A stretch of 64,000 bases of DNA. It comes from Owenia fusiformis (lineage: Eukaryota). Shown in pieces: positions 1 to 23,771 of the stretch (its first letter is position 1; each line of letters opens with the position of its first letter). The notes beneath the pieces were generated by a model. It did no database searches. It had not been told where the DNA came from and saw only the letters and a list, made by a program, of their open reading frames with translations. Position numbers and translations under genes: made by a program. The DNA lies in the NCBI GenBank assembly GCA_903813345.2, contig CAIIXF020000001.1, forward strand, positions 19,282,001 through 19,346,000, written 5' to 3'.

Positions 1-31
1 GTGGCTTATATTACATATATTTCTTCTTCAG

Positions 32-9732
<9,701 letters not shown>

Positions 9733-12581
9733 ACACGTGACATTTGTGGACATTTTATGGATATTATGTACGAAAAATAATTATCAAAATTCACAAGTGC
9801 TTTTCTTTTATGGACATACTCTTCCAGTGTTTCATATACCAAAGCATGAGCTCCTCAAGTTATATTGGTTTTCTAGAGTACAATATATCATATTTTCCAC
9901 ATAAAAAATGATAGATCCCAGTAGATAGTGAGTTATATAGAATTGTAAAATTGTGCAGTATAATATTGTATTTGTAAAATATATAATCAACTACTTATTG
10001 TACAAAGAAATATACAATTCAACAGTCATAATGACAAATCATATTTTTTCAAACTCTCAAGATGGGCTAGCAATTTTAGAACACCGTTGTAAAATATCAT
10101 GGACCAAGGTATTAATGTGGTGGAAAACACTGAATTTGAAGCTTAGCAAAATGAAACAGAAAGAATAGAAAAGCAGTAATTTTTGAGGAGATTTTGACGT
10201 AAGATTTGTGCTCAATTCTCACTGAAGAAAAGTAATACTTAACTTATTTTAAACAGGACAATTTTAAAATAGCTTTGAATAAGATAAATACTACTGGCCA
10301 AAAGCATGCCAAAGATACTGTATAGAATATACTGTAAATTGTTATAATTTGGAGCCCACTTTTTGATGGTAAACTCTGTCCAATATTGACACCAATTTTA
10401 ATCCCAATTACTGTTTATATGTTATTCTGTTGTATTTCAGGGGATTTTTGCAACTATCTAACAATTAAATTGCCAGGGTCTTGAAGATTTTGAAAATACA
10501 ATATATGTAAAATCAAAAAGTGACAAATTAAACCAATTTACAGTATACCTTTGTACTTAATTTCCTCAACTGCTAGTGGGGGGTATAATACAGACTGTAC
10601 AGATACAGATCTGGCATATGCCTTTCTCAATTTGAGAAGTTTAACAAATTCCACATTGTACATAATGTAAATGAATTGATTGTATGGACCTTTTAATGCT
10701 TGAACCAAAAGATGCTTATATTAGTAGCAAAGAAAATGCATGAAATTGTAACTGTACTGCAATTGTATAAGTGAAGATGTATATAAACAAAACAATGCAA
10801 TAAAATAATGAATATTTAATGGAATATGAATATTGTTTTATATCTCAAAATAGCTAGGCCAAACAGAAATCCTATATGACCTCACTGACTTGCTTATTTG
10901 TATCAGATAAAATTGACCATTTCCTCTGAAGTCACTGTGTTCAACTGCACAGGCTGTTTCTAAAACTGGATTCTATACTTCTCAGTTCTGACAGTAGCCT
11001 CAAAATTTTATGGGTCAAATGACCCAGTTCAATCAAAAAAGTGGGTCAAACTTGGAAAATGTGGGTCAAATTGTATTATGATAATTAAGCTCAAAAATAA
11101 ATGTGCTGCAATGACCAATGAGACTGGAACGCTGCAAATCCATAAAACCTGCAATTGTAGCAAAAATGTTTTTATGATGGCGAGTGAAAAGTAACAGTCA
11201 GCACCATCTATCTTCTACAATATATTATACTTGGAAATTTGTAACGAATAATAAAATTTTCTTCTCACGTGGGGAGCTTTCATCCTGATGATATAATATA
11301 TTTTTTTCACTTTCATATTTTTTTAACTTCTACGAAAAAGTCAATTTTAACATTTCTTGGCGATCTTTTATCTGGGTAAATGAGATATGAGTTTATGTTG
11401 TAATTCAAGAATATCGGCAATAATTGCAAGAAACTATACTGAATTTTTACGATTTGCAAGTGACTTTGGCCATGATGTAAGTACTTTAAGAAATGTTTTT
11501 ACAATTAGTACACTGTGAATTCAGTTTCGTTGTTTCTGATTGGATTAAACTGGATCAGCATTTTTTGAACCAATGAGAGACATATAATTTGATCGGTTAG
11601 ATATTGGTCAAAACTTTGTTTTGTTTATGTAGTGCTAATTCCCACGAAATATATCTGAGGATCAAAGTTTGTCAATGAAATGCAATAGGCTGTCTGTTCT
11701 GTGTCAGACTTGATCAAAAGTGCATAAGTGCATAAAAACGGTGGTAATGCCAGCTCTATTCTATAAGCAGATTCCATTCAAAATGGTCAATATAAAATTA
11801 TTTTGTTAAATCAAATGATTGTAAATTTTTATCTTAAAAATTCAATTGTGTTCTCAATTCAATACTTTGAGTAAAAATATTCACCAATATTCATCTTTCC
11901 AACAAATATGAAGGAAATCCCTCCTTACCTCTAGTATTCGAGTTATCTTCAGGACAGATGAGTGGATGGACTGACTGACGGAGGGCTTTGCTATATCCCT
12001 ACCAAACTTTTTATTAATAAAGATTGAAAAGCAAAATGTGCAAATGGCACAATTAGAGAGAAATAGGGTTCAATTTTAGAAATACCATACTTAGTTTCCT
12101 ATTCCTGTCTATCAGAATACAGGTTTCACTGTATAATAGTTCTCTAGTTTTATTGGTGAACTTCGATCAGCCTGACTAATACACATACACCTTACTTAAC
12201 AAAACAACTACAATTTCAATATAATATTATATATAACAATATTTATTTGCTATTATGTTGGTACATAATAAAGCTATCTTGCTGATCAAGTAAATTGAGG
12301 TTTTGATGAAACTAAAAATGAACTATATCAAATGTTTTAAATTCCATATACTTTACGATTAAATGCAAATTTCTAAGATTCTTGAGTTGATTTGAGTCAA
12401 TATGATTGGATCATTTTTTCGATGTCAAAATGTTGTTCTAAAATAAACATCCTTGCTTCTCGTATAATAAATACATTCCTGATATTGTAGTGATAAGAGC
12501 CGCTAAAGGTTTATATATAACTGTCACTCCTCACGCGTAAACTAAACTGTACATGGCTAAAATTTCCTAGGATAAGTGGGG

Positions 12582-15467
12582 CTATTGCTTATTCCATTCT
12601 GCTTTTTCCTTGGATTCTCTCTCAACTTCCTCCAAATATGGTTGTAGGTAATGGACATCCTGGAACATAATTTACAAACATTAAATAAAGTCAGTCTAGT
12701 GTTCAATTAAAGGCAGAATCTGATGATAAAATTGCAAGCAAAACATAATATAATTTTTCTCAAATATATCAAATTTTCCCAAATTATAAATGTGGATATC
12801 CAAAGGAAATTGAACGTATAAATTCAAATATTTTTACTTTTCCAGAATTTGGAAAATCTTTAGAGGAATGCTATGAGGCATCAAGTCCAACACCCACCTC
12901 ATGTTTCAACTTCCAAAGTTCATCAAAATTATTAATATTTTTTCTCAATATTTTGAAATACATATTCTGTGTTTGAACATGTTAATAAAAGATACATACA
13001 TCTTCATATTTTGTCCATTGTTCTTTAGGTAAAGTTATTTTTTTGGCGCTAAGATTCAAGGCTCTGAAAAAGAAAAGATGCATTGCTTATTACAAAACAA
13101 CAAAAAAAGTCTTCACACAATGTTAACTATTTCTGAACTAGGTCAATAGATTTTAATGTAAGCCACCAAATTACCACGACAAATATAATTATGACAAGCC
13201 ATTAATATGCATAATGTCACCACCTACCATTTGTTACAGACACCGAACACCATAACACTTAAACTATAACCACTTTTGATGGTGACATATTAAGATCATG
13301 TTTACCTCCTCCACTCCTTAATGTTACTGAACATTTCTTAATTCAAATTGCATTGCTCTCCAAATCTATATCTATAGTACACGACCAAAGTATAATGGAT
13401 TTTTATCCCATTCCCCAAATGTCTGAGTGTTATTCATTTGAGGCATGTATCAATGTGTATGCTCGGTGCCAGAAGGATGTAAGTGCAATTTTATCAAAAT
13501 TGAGATTTTTGCATAAAACAACGAATTATTACACTTTCTATACCCTGTTAAAATATCTAAGCCTATAATCTCATTGTTTGATTCCTGTATGTGACACAGT
13601 GACTGACTGCGTAACTATCGCAATAATTTCCCATTTTTATTATATCTATCACAATATTTTCTGCGGAATTTCTTGCAGAAAACTGGGGAGTAATATTGGA
13701 TGTCTTTAAATGGGTATAAGTTAAACTTGTAAACTTTACCAGTATAGGGAATATAAATCTTGTGTTAAAAATCCAGTTTGAATTCATATCTACTCAAAGT
13801 ATCTTCTTTCTTCCAAGGATTTCAATCTGTGATTCCAAATGAAATGATTGTCAAGACAATTCGCAATTTTTATTTTTTAACAGATGAACATTAATATTGT
13901 AATTTGGTACTTACCTAGTAATTCTAAATTGGCGTTCATCCATCACATTTCTTGGGAGGCGTCTAAGAGCCTCTGAAACCTGTGGGGTCTCATTTAAACA
14001 GTCATCCCTCATCAAACCTAATAAAATATAAAATAATAAATAATCAAATAAAAAATGATCATGTTAGTTAAGAAAGAAAGTAGAGTCTATCTTAAGGTGT
14101 TGTTTTTTCAATTGTCTCTTTTCACCTTCAAACCTCCTGAAATAAAGTCAGAACTATTGAACTAATAAATAATTGAGACCAAAAATCATTGCAAAACTGT
14201 GACAATCGAAACTTCAATTTTTATATGGCTGAACAATAATAAACTGACTTACCCAACTGATTGAAATACGACATGTTGTAAGCCCATTTGGACAATGCTA
14301 CCCTCCATGCTGGCCTCACTGAAATGAAATTTGATTATATTTATGCTTATTTATTTAGAATATGTGGTCTCGAATCAGGGATAAATAAGACCCGACTGAC
14401 AGATAACTTTGACGCCCCTCAGCCAGCTCGTCATTCTTGATCACTCGATTATGTTATCTTCGTTCTGGCATTGGGTACATACAATAGGCAACTAAATAAT
14501 TTCAAAACACAGAAATTGACTGTGTAAGCTATGCATATATTTCTCACCTCTTTCGATTCGTAACACCACAAGAAACATTCTCCCAAATGCAAAAAAGTAG
14601 TGGTTATCTCAAATTGCAGTGAAATATACTTCAATCTTTATTCATTCAAATACATTGTTGTGTTTTTAATACCCATGATTTATGTTGCTTGCCTTGATTT
14701 CATATTTGTTGACTGAACTGATTTCCAAGGCTTGTAAGGATAATTTTCCCAGGAATGAAGAGATGTAGAAAGGTAAACATAATATTCATGGCCTCTGATG
14801 GCTGATGCATTTTGAAATACAGTAAATAAATGAAGGATTTTAAACTATATAGTGCTTCTTAAAAATGGATTTGCCTATATACCCCTGAGACTCTTATCTC
14901 AAGGAAAGAATGCACAAATAAAGCAAAACAATTGCAAAGTGTCATTTACTTGTGCAATATGAATATATTTTTCTATATCTTATTGCCCAATGGTATTAAA
15001 TGTCTTATTTTCAGGTTCAACTGGTTGCTTCGAAGCAGTGTAAAAGACTATGACAGACTAAATCTACTGCAATTTGACACAGTCGCTACTTTTTTGCCTT
15101 TGGAAGAATGTTTCTTGTGTCAGGTAATGGTAAGAAATATATATGTGTGGCTAGTGCCATTAAAGTGCCATGGTACTTAACATTTCCGAAAAATGTATTT
15201 AGCTCTGGCGACCCTCAATCTAATGTTGATTCTTCAATTATTTCAAGTTGAAACTTTGAAACTTGAAAAAAATGTTCAAGAAATTTGAGGTCAAATTTAA
15301 AATGTTTGCTACAGAGAAATTATATGTATGATGATCATGAAACTGGTCTCATTTTGATAATATTGCTATGTAACATTAAGAGAATGTATATTCTAGTTGA
15401 TATTACATGTGATAAGGTAGTAATACGAGAATTTACCTGCTTGAACAACTTTTCTTGGAGCGGCCAT
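12582..15467 (-). CDS. UQCRB: Cytochrome b-c1 complex subunit 7 (QCR7), complete, 113 aa
   Basis: Exons 15467-15437, 14318-14253, 14017-13915, 13063-13000, 12659-12582 (342 nt, phases consistent) give [113 protein letters not shown]. Absent from the ORF track because the exons are short. Confidence 0.95.
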
Positions 15468-15720
15468 CTTTGATTATGAAAGTCTCGTTTCGCGAGCGAG
15501 ACTTAAAACGAGATGAAAATAAAAGTACTGCACATATTGCACGCTCGCATTCTTTGACGAATTATGTCAATGCTGATGAACATAAACTAAATATACCATC
15601 TGGATCAGTTAGGGTTATGTAAATAGATCCCATTGCTCCAATCACGTGTGCATGTCATTTTTGAAAATATCAAGAAAAAGTGATTAATCGGGAATGTCTA
15701 CTTCCGGGTATCAAAAACTG
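15460..15720 (-). promoter_or_regulatory. Probable UQCRB proximal promoter
   Basis: CpG-enriched; YY1-like AAGATGGCCGC overlapping the ATG; ETS-like ACTTCCGG near 15700; CACGTG E-box near 15643. Confidence 0.45.
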
Positions 15721-16329
15721 TATTTCTCTATGTATTGTAACGTTTTTCCCGTGGGTCAGGAATGCGGGGAAAATGCGGGGAAGGTGGACCCTTCCGCGTG
15801 TTACTTAATTGCGGGATTATACGGAGCGGCGTTGACTCCGCTCGCTACAGTCGCCTGAGATGTTACTCCAAGGGAATGCAAGGGGAAAGAAAGTATTACG
15901 CAATCTGGGTTTGCACTACACAAGTTCCCTCCGGAACTCAATACAATACAACAATGAACATTCAAGTACAGAATAAAAGTAAAGTTATATATTTGCTCTT
16001 TATGAGCCAAACAATGCTTTAGAAACAATAGAAAATTATGTACAAAGTCGAGCTCAAACTACCCTAAACTATATAATCACTAATGCCTTAAGGCAGAAAA
16101 AATACATGTGATGTTACTTGAAGGTCTCTAAAGTTACTATAAGAAAGTAAGATCAAATCGTGTTTCACTTTAATCAGTTCCACAAAAGATAAAGGTTGAT
16201 ATGACTTGAATGCCTCTAAAGTCTTCTTCAGCAATTGTGGGATGCTGTTCTTTGTATTCTTTTGTCTGTCCTGAAATAAAATGGCGCTCCTGGCCACGGG
16301 ACCCCATTGTCTACTTATCAAGTTTATTA

Positions 16330-19300
16330 ATGTACAACCTGGTGCAAATATTCTTAAAATCCGGAATCCAAGTTGCAATCGGGTGCAACGATCCTACTCA
16401 ATGGGTGCAAAAGCCCTTATATCTCTTGATCATAGGTGCAATGTTTCTGTGTGCCCCTGTTCCTAACCAGGGTGCAATTCCGCTATATGCCCTTGTTCCT
16501 TAACCAAGGTGCATCTTGCCCCTGTTCCTTAACCAGGGTGCAAGTCCTTTTATGTGCCCTTGTTCCTTAACCAAGGTGCACCTTGCCCCTGTCCCTTAAC
16601 CAGGGTGCAAGTCCTTTATATGCCCTTATTAAACTTTGCACCTATGTCCAATTTGCAATCCCTTTATATGCCCTTGTTCCTTAACCAAGGTGCATCTTGC
16701 CCCTGTTCCTTAACCAGGGTGCAAGTCTTCTATATTCCATTATCCAAGTTGCAATCAGGTGCAAACGTCCTTAAATCCTTTATCCAAGTTATAATCACGT
16801 GCAAATGTCCTTAAATCCTTAATCCGAGGTGCAACAGGGTGCAAATGTCCTTAAATCCTTAATCCGAATTGCAACCGGGTGCAAATGTCCTTATGGGGTG
16901 CAACCTGGTGCAAATTTGCTTTAATCCTTAATCCGAGGTGCAACCTGGTGCAAATATTCTTAAAATCCGGAATCCAAGTTGCAATCGGGTGCAACGATCC
17001 TACTCAATGGGTGCAAAAGCCCTTATATCTCTTGATCATAGGTGCAATGTTTCTGTGTGCCCCTGTTCCTAACCAGGGTGCAATTCCGCTATATGCCCTT
17101 GTTCCTTAACCAAGGTGCATCTTGCCCCTGTTCCTTAACCAGGGTGCAAGTCCTTTTATGTGCCCTTGTTCCTTAACCAAGGTGCACCTTGCCCCTGTCC
17201 CTTAACCAGGGTGCAAGTCCTTTATATGCCCTTATTAAACTTTGCACCTATGTCCAATTTGCAATCCCTTTATATGCCCTTGTTCCTTAACCAAGGTGCA
17301 TCTTGCCCCTGTTCCTTAACCAGGGTGCAAGTCTTCTATATTCCATTATCCAAGTTGCAATCAGGTGCAAACGTCCTTAAATCCTTTATCCAAGTTATAA
17401 TCACGTGCAAATGTCCTTAAATCCTTAATCCGAGGTGCAACAGGGTGCAAATGTCCTTAAATCCTTAATCCGAATTGCAACCGGGTGCAAATGTCCTTAT
17501 GGGGTGCAACCTGGTGCAAATTTGCTTTAATCCTTAATCCGAGGTGCAACCTGGTGCAAGTATCCTTAAATCCTTAATCCGAGGTGCAACCGGGTGCAAA
17601 TGTCCTTATGGGGTGCAACCTGGTGCAAATTTGCTTTAATCCTTAATCCGAGGTGCAACCTGGTGCAAGTATCCTTAAATCCTTAATCCGAGGTGCAACC
17701 AGGTGCAAATGTCCTTAAATCCTTAATCCAAGTTGCAATCAGGTACAAATGTCCTTATGGGGTGCAACCTGGTGCAAGTATCCTTAAATCCTTAATCCGA
17801 GGTGCAACCAGGTGCAAATGTCCTTAAATCCTTAATCCAAGTTGCAATCAGGTGCAAATGTCCTTATGGGGTGCAACCTGGTGCAAGTATCCTTAAATCC
17901 TTAATCCGAGATGCAACCGGGTGCAAATGTCCTTATGGGGTGCAACCTGGTGCAAGTATCCTTAAATCCTTAATCCGAGGTGCAACCGGGTGCAAATGTC
18001 CTTATGGGGTGCAACCTGGTGCAAGTATCCTTAAATCCTTAATCCGAGGTGCAACCGGGTGCAAATATCCACTATGGGTGCAATCGGGTGCAAATATACG
18101 CTATGGGTGCAACCGGGTGCAAATATTCTTAATCATAGGTGCAATGTCTCTGTGTGCCCCTGTTCCTAACCAGGGTGCAATTCCTCTATATGCCCTTGTT
18201 CCTTAACCAAGGTGCATCTTGCCCCTGTTCCTTAACCAAGGTGCAAGTCCTTTTATGTGCCCTTGTTCCTTAACCAAGGTGCACCTTGCCCCTGTCCCTT
18301 AACCAGGGTGCAAGTCCTTTATATCTCTTATTATACTTTGCACCTATGTCCAGGTTGCAATCATGGGTACAAATGCCCCTTGCACCAATATGGGGTTGCA
18401 AGTTGGGTGCAACTCTCCAAAATATCCTTTACACCTAATCCAGATGGTTATAATGGGTGCAAATATCCCTTGCACCTATATGGGGTTGCAAATTGGGTGC
18501 AACTCTCCCAAATATCCTTCACACCTGGTGCAAATATTCCTTGCACCAATATGGGGTTGCAAGTTAGGTGCAACTCTCCAAAAGTCCTGCACACCTATTC
18601 CAGGTGGTTATTATGGGTGCAAATATCCCTTGCACCAATCTGGGGTTGCAAAGTCGGGTGCAACTCTCCCAAATCTCCTGGGGTTGCAAGATTGAGTGCA
18701 ACTCTCCCAAAAATTCCTTCACACCTATTCCAGGTGTTTGATATGGGTGCAAATATCCCTTGCACCAATATGGGGTTGCAAATTGGGTTGCAACTTTCCC
18801 AAATGGTTGATATGGGTGCAAATATTCCTTGCACCGATATGGGGTATGCAAAGTTAATTGCAACTCTCCCAAATGTCCTTCCGTTGATTATTGTGGGTGC
18901 AAATATCCCTTGCACCGATATGGGGTTGCAAGTTAGGTGCAACTCTCCCAAATGTCCTGGGGTTGCAAGATTGAGTGCAACTCTCCCAAAAATTCCTTCA
19001 CACCTATTCCAGGTGGTTGATATGGGTGCAAATATCCCTTGCACCTATATGGGGTTGCAAAGTTGGTTGCAACTCTCCAAAATATCCTTCCGTTGATTAT
19101 CTTGGGTGCAAATATCCCTTGCACCAATCTGGGGTTGCAAAGTCGGGTGCAACTCTCCCAAATCTCCTGGGGTTGCAAGATTGAGTGCAACTCTCCCAAA
19201 AATTCCTTCACACCTATTCAAGGTGGTTGTTATGGGTGCAAATATCCCTTGCACCTATATGGGGTTGCAAATTGGGTGCAACTCTCCCAAATATCCTTCA

Positions 19301-20726
19301 CACCTGGTGCAAATATTCCTTGCACCAATATGGGGTTGCAAATTGGGTGCAACTCTCCCAAATATCCTTCACACCTATTCAAGGTGGTTGATATGGGTGC
19401 AAATATCCCTTGCACCTATATGGGGTTGCAAAGTTGGTTGCAACTCTCCAAAATATCCTTCCGTTGATTATCTTGGGTGCAAATATCCCTTGCACCAATC
19501 TGGGGTTGCAAAGTCGGGTGCAACTCTCCCAAATCTCCTTGGGTTGCAAGATTGAGTGCAACTCTCCCAAAAATTCCTTCACACCTGTTCAAGGTGGTTG
19601 TTATGGGTGCAAATATCCATTGCACCTATATGGGGTTGCAAATTGGGTGCAACTCTCCCAAATATCCTTCACACCTGGTGCAAATATTCCTTGCACCAAT
19701 ATGGGGTTGCAAATTGGGTGCAACTCTCCCAAATATCCTTCACACCTGGTGCAAATATTCTTTGCACCAATATGGGGTTGCAAATTGGGTGCAACTCTCC
19801 CAAATATCCTTCACACCTATTCAAGGTGGTTGATATGGGTGCAAATATCCCTTGCACCAATATGGGGTTGCAAAGTTGGTTGCAACTCTCCAAAATATCC
19901 TTCCGTTGATTATCTTGGGTGCAAATATCCCTTGCACCAATCTGGGGTTGCAAAGTCGGGTGCAACTCTCCCAAATCTCCTGGGGTTGCAAGATTGAGTG
20001 CAACTCTCCCAAAAATTCCTTCACACCTATTCAAGGTGGTTGTTATGGGTGCAAATATCCCTTGCACCGATATGGGGTTGCAAATTGGGTGCAACTCTCC
20101 AAAATGTCCTGGGGTTGCAAGTTAGGTGCAACTCTCCCAAATATCCTTCACACCTATTCCAGGTGGTTGATATGGGTGCAAATGTTCCTTGCACCGATAT
20201 GGGGTTGCAAAGTTGGTTGCAACTCTCCCAAATATCCTTCACCCCTATTCAAGGTGGTTGATATGGGTGCAAATATCCCTTGCACCAATATTGGGTTGCA
20301 AAGTCGGGTGCAACTCTCCCAAATCTCCTGGGGTTGCAAATTGGGTGCAACTCTCCCAAATATCCTTCACACCTATTCCAGGTGGTTGATATGGGTGCAA
20401 ATGTTCCTTGCACTGATATGGGGTTGCAAAGTTGGTTGCAACTCTCCCAAATATCCTTCACACCTATTCCAGGTGGTTGATATGGGTGCAAATGTTCCTT
20501 GCACCGATATGGGGTTGCAAAGTTGGTTGCAACTCTCCCAAATATCCTTCACACCTATTCCAGGTGGTTGATATGGGTGCAGATATCCCTTGCACCAATA
20601 TGGGGTTGCAAATTGGGTTGCAACTTTCCCAAAAATTCCTTCACACCTATTCCAGGTGGTTGATATGGGTGCAAATATCCCTTGCACCAATATGGGGTTG
20701 CAAAGTTGGTTGCAACTCTCCCAAAT
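16330..20726. repeat. Complex higher-order satellite built from GGTGCAA/TTGCACC motifs
   Basis: Dense GGTGCAA, TTGCAC and GGGGTTGCAA motifs; a 606-bp tandem duplication (identical ORFs at 16554 and 17160); about 78-bp units near 17840-18060; about 371-bp higher-order repeat (19039 vs 19410); about 91-bp units near 20350-20720. Confidence 0.92.
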
Positions 20727-20910
20727 AACAATATAATGTTGAGTAAAAATAATGAACAAAAATACACACACAATCTCGGCAAATATAGTAATAGATACAA
20801 TCCGATATGAATCTCTAAATCAATGTTCAAAATGTCCAGGCTAAAAATTGGACAAACTGTGATGATATTTGATCGACAATCTTTCGTCAATTACTCAACA
20901 AAATATTCTT

Positions 20911-21040
20911 ACTTACGACCCCGTGGTTGTTCCAGTCTGTAAATCCGTTAATTATTTGTCGCACAACAACTTGACAAACTGGTCAAATTCCTTTTATATG
21001 CCCCGCGCGGACGTTTTGGACTGCATAAATCTGATTGGTT
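20911..21040 (-). promoter_or_regulatory. Minus-strand Pol II core promoter with a short first exon
   Basis: CCAAT (21038-21034), TATAAAA (20998-20992), Inr-like TCAAGTT near 20970, then a GTAAGT donor at 20916-20911. Confidence 0.55.
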
Positions 21041-21911
21041 AATTCCGCTAAAAAACTAGGTTAGTATGCCGATGAGGTACCTCAATGGGCGATAATATGA
21101 AATTTCCGTGGATGATCATGTCACTAAAATGCTAAAAACGTGATCAATTAACTCGAGAATGATTAAAAATCAAAGTTCCTATGAAAGATTATACGCCAAT
21201 AATTAATCCGCCACTCGCCTAAACTCACCAGTTCCACTGAAATTCCTGTAAAATGGCTCCGTTTTCCGATTTTGAAAGAATAATTATATTGACTTCCTTA
21301 TTTCCGGAATTTCTTATCAAAACCGGTAATGGTGAAACGAAAACACTAAAATAAATAATCAATTTTCATCACAGTATATACACCCCGTAAAATAAGTTTA
21401 GAAAACTTTCTATAGATTCTGAAATAAATATTCCTATTCAAGCCCTTATCACTCTAACCTCCGAATACCAGAATAATGTAGTATTTTAATGAAATCAAGT
21501 AGCTAAAAATATAGACTGATTCTCAATCTATTTGTAATATATTTCCAGACTCAGTCACACAGAATTGTGCCCAAAATATTCACTACTATGTTATATCTAG
21601 ACCTGAAGTGAAGGAAGTCATGAGTTTTGAACAATCTGGAAGGAAACCCAGAATTATGAACAATGCGTTCAGAGGTCATACTCTCCAAAAATAGACTATG
21701 AATATTATTTTGATGCAGATAGATGGGAGTATGAACTATTTCAAGCGTGTCAAATTATACATGCATTATATTATATTAATTATATTATATCATAATTTAA
21801 TTTTAATATAGCCCTATAGGCATTTGACTCCATTCAAACCCTAACTTAAAAAACTATAATGTATTTATCTAGCTATATTGAACTCTGTTATAACATTTAA
21901 TATTGCATGTA

Positions 21912-21992
21912 CCATAGGCCAAGGGAAAAGTAATAGTAAGCTGTATATAGAAGAGATATACAGCTTACTATTACTTTTCCCTTGACCTATGG
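21912..21992. repeat. Near-perfect palindrome (about 37-bp arms, 7-nt loop)
   Basis: CCATAGGCCAAGGGAAAAGTAATAGTAAGCTGTATAT-AGAAGAG-ATATACAGCTTACTATTACTTTTCCCTTGACCTATGG, one mismatch. Confidence 0.85.
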
Positions 21993-23771
21993 CATGTACT
22001 AATTCTGAATTTTTATCTGTCTCATAGTAGAAAGCCCCAATAGAATTTGAGCAGTCTAGTCAAATGTTTAAATAAGGCAACAGTTTAACAATTTCAGTCA
22101 ATTTCAAGCTGACACTCAGTCAGGTCAGGTGATAATTGACCCCTCTCCTATTGGCCCGTGGTGTCATAATCTACAATGGAGTGCTATTTTGATATCACAG
22201 TGAAAATAATGCAAACAGAAAATAACAATTTGTTCTTGAGTATACTTTATTTCTTAAATATAATAACAATTGGACATTGTCAACTTAATACTATAAACAC
22301 CTTAAATTTCACAAGTGCTTAATTTTACTGAATAAGCATTTTCAAAATTTAGCTGGGATTTTTAATTTCCCGACAACAATGTTATTTCACTGAAATAGTT
22401 CATTATACATTTTCATCACATTCATGTTTAGTTTCATATCATTAGTTTCTGGATAACATGAGTATATTTTTAGATATACTCATTTGTACAAGTCACAATG
22501 CAGTTCAAAATAATGTCAGAGCACTTAAAACATAAGGTTTTGTAGTTTGATGCAAACTTTATCACAGTGCAGTAGGGGAGGTTTTAAATCCATAGAAAAA
22601 AGTGATATTTGTGCAGTAATGTCCCTATACACATGCATATTCTACAGATATCACTTTTCCCATACATTTCAAATATATCATATACCAGTACATGAATTAT
22701 TTTATAATATATAATAGTACATGTACATAAATCAGAAAATCGAAAAAATACAAAAATATACAAAATATTTAATATTATTTGATTATCATCCATAAAGATA
22801 TATCCTTTATGAAAAAATGACACAAAAATCACATTCACTAAATAACTAAATATAACTTTTTACTACAACTATTCTACATTTTTATCTCTTTCTTAGAGTA
22901 AATATAGATCAGCAAAATTTGCTACAAAACTCACATTTAAAAATGCTGTCAATTAAAGACAATTACACTAAGCGTCTCGTCTATTTCACTTTTACTTAAA
23001 CATGTATATTTGCAACCTGGTCACAAGCACAAACATGTATAAACTTCTATCCACCTTAATGGGTCAAGAGCTGTAATCATCTTACTTAATAACCCTAAAA
23101 TGTATATTTTATCATAATGATATGTAACATACACAATCAATAGACTAAGACATAAACCTGTAAGTATTGGATCTTAAAAAGTGTTCAGAAAATAAATAAT
23201 ATCAATTTGAAATCTTCAGAAAAGAAAGTTTAAGACATAAATTGTTATGGAGAGTTTGTACATATTATTAATTTAAGGTTATTTAGGATGAGAAAAACAG
23301 CTCTTGACCCTGTAACACAATCTATACACACTATCTAATTTTTCCATCTTTTATTTCTTCCTCATAATGAATGAACAGTTATATAATTCAGTTAATTGTC
23401 AAAGTAGCAAATTGCCACAAGGGCATAGTAAGCATGCTAGCATCTAATTATTCATAAAGTGGCAAAATTCCAATACTTTAAATGAATTTGTTATTGCAAA
23501 AAGTTCCTCATTCGGGAGAATGCTCACCACAAAGTGAATCTTGTATTAAAATCAATTGAGCAATGTGATTTACAAGAAATATTCACAAGAGCGTCACCAA
23601 CGAGACATGCACGCTTTTTGACTAGAGACAGGTTTTATTGGAAGTGCATCAGAATGAATATGTACATGGACATTAAAAGCTGTCAAGAACTTCTCTTTTT
23701 TCTACTGCCCAATTGCAGGTTATTCTGTATTCTTGTTTTGGAAAATACAACTATTTGAAATTATATATCTC

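Noticed and set aside
16210-20890. Dozens of overlapping Cys/Gly/Pro-rich ORFs
   Set aside because: They occur in all frames on both strands and simply translate the satellite; there is no coherent gene structure.
15736-21400. LTR retrotransposon or Polinton
   Set aside because: A TG...CA-like start is present, but I found no second LTR, TIR, convincing PBS/PPT or coding domains.
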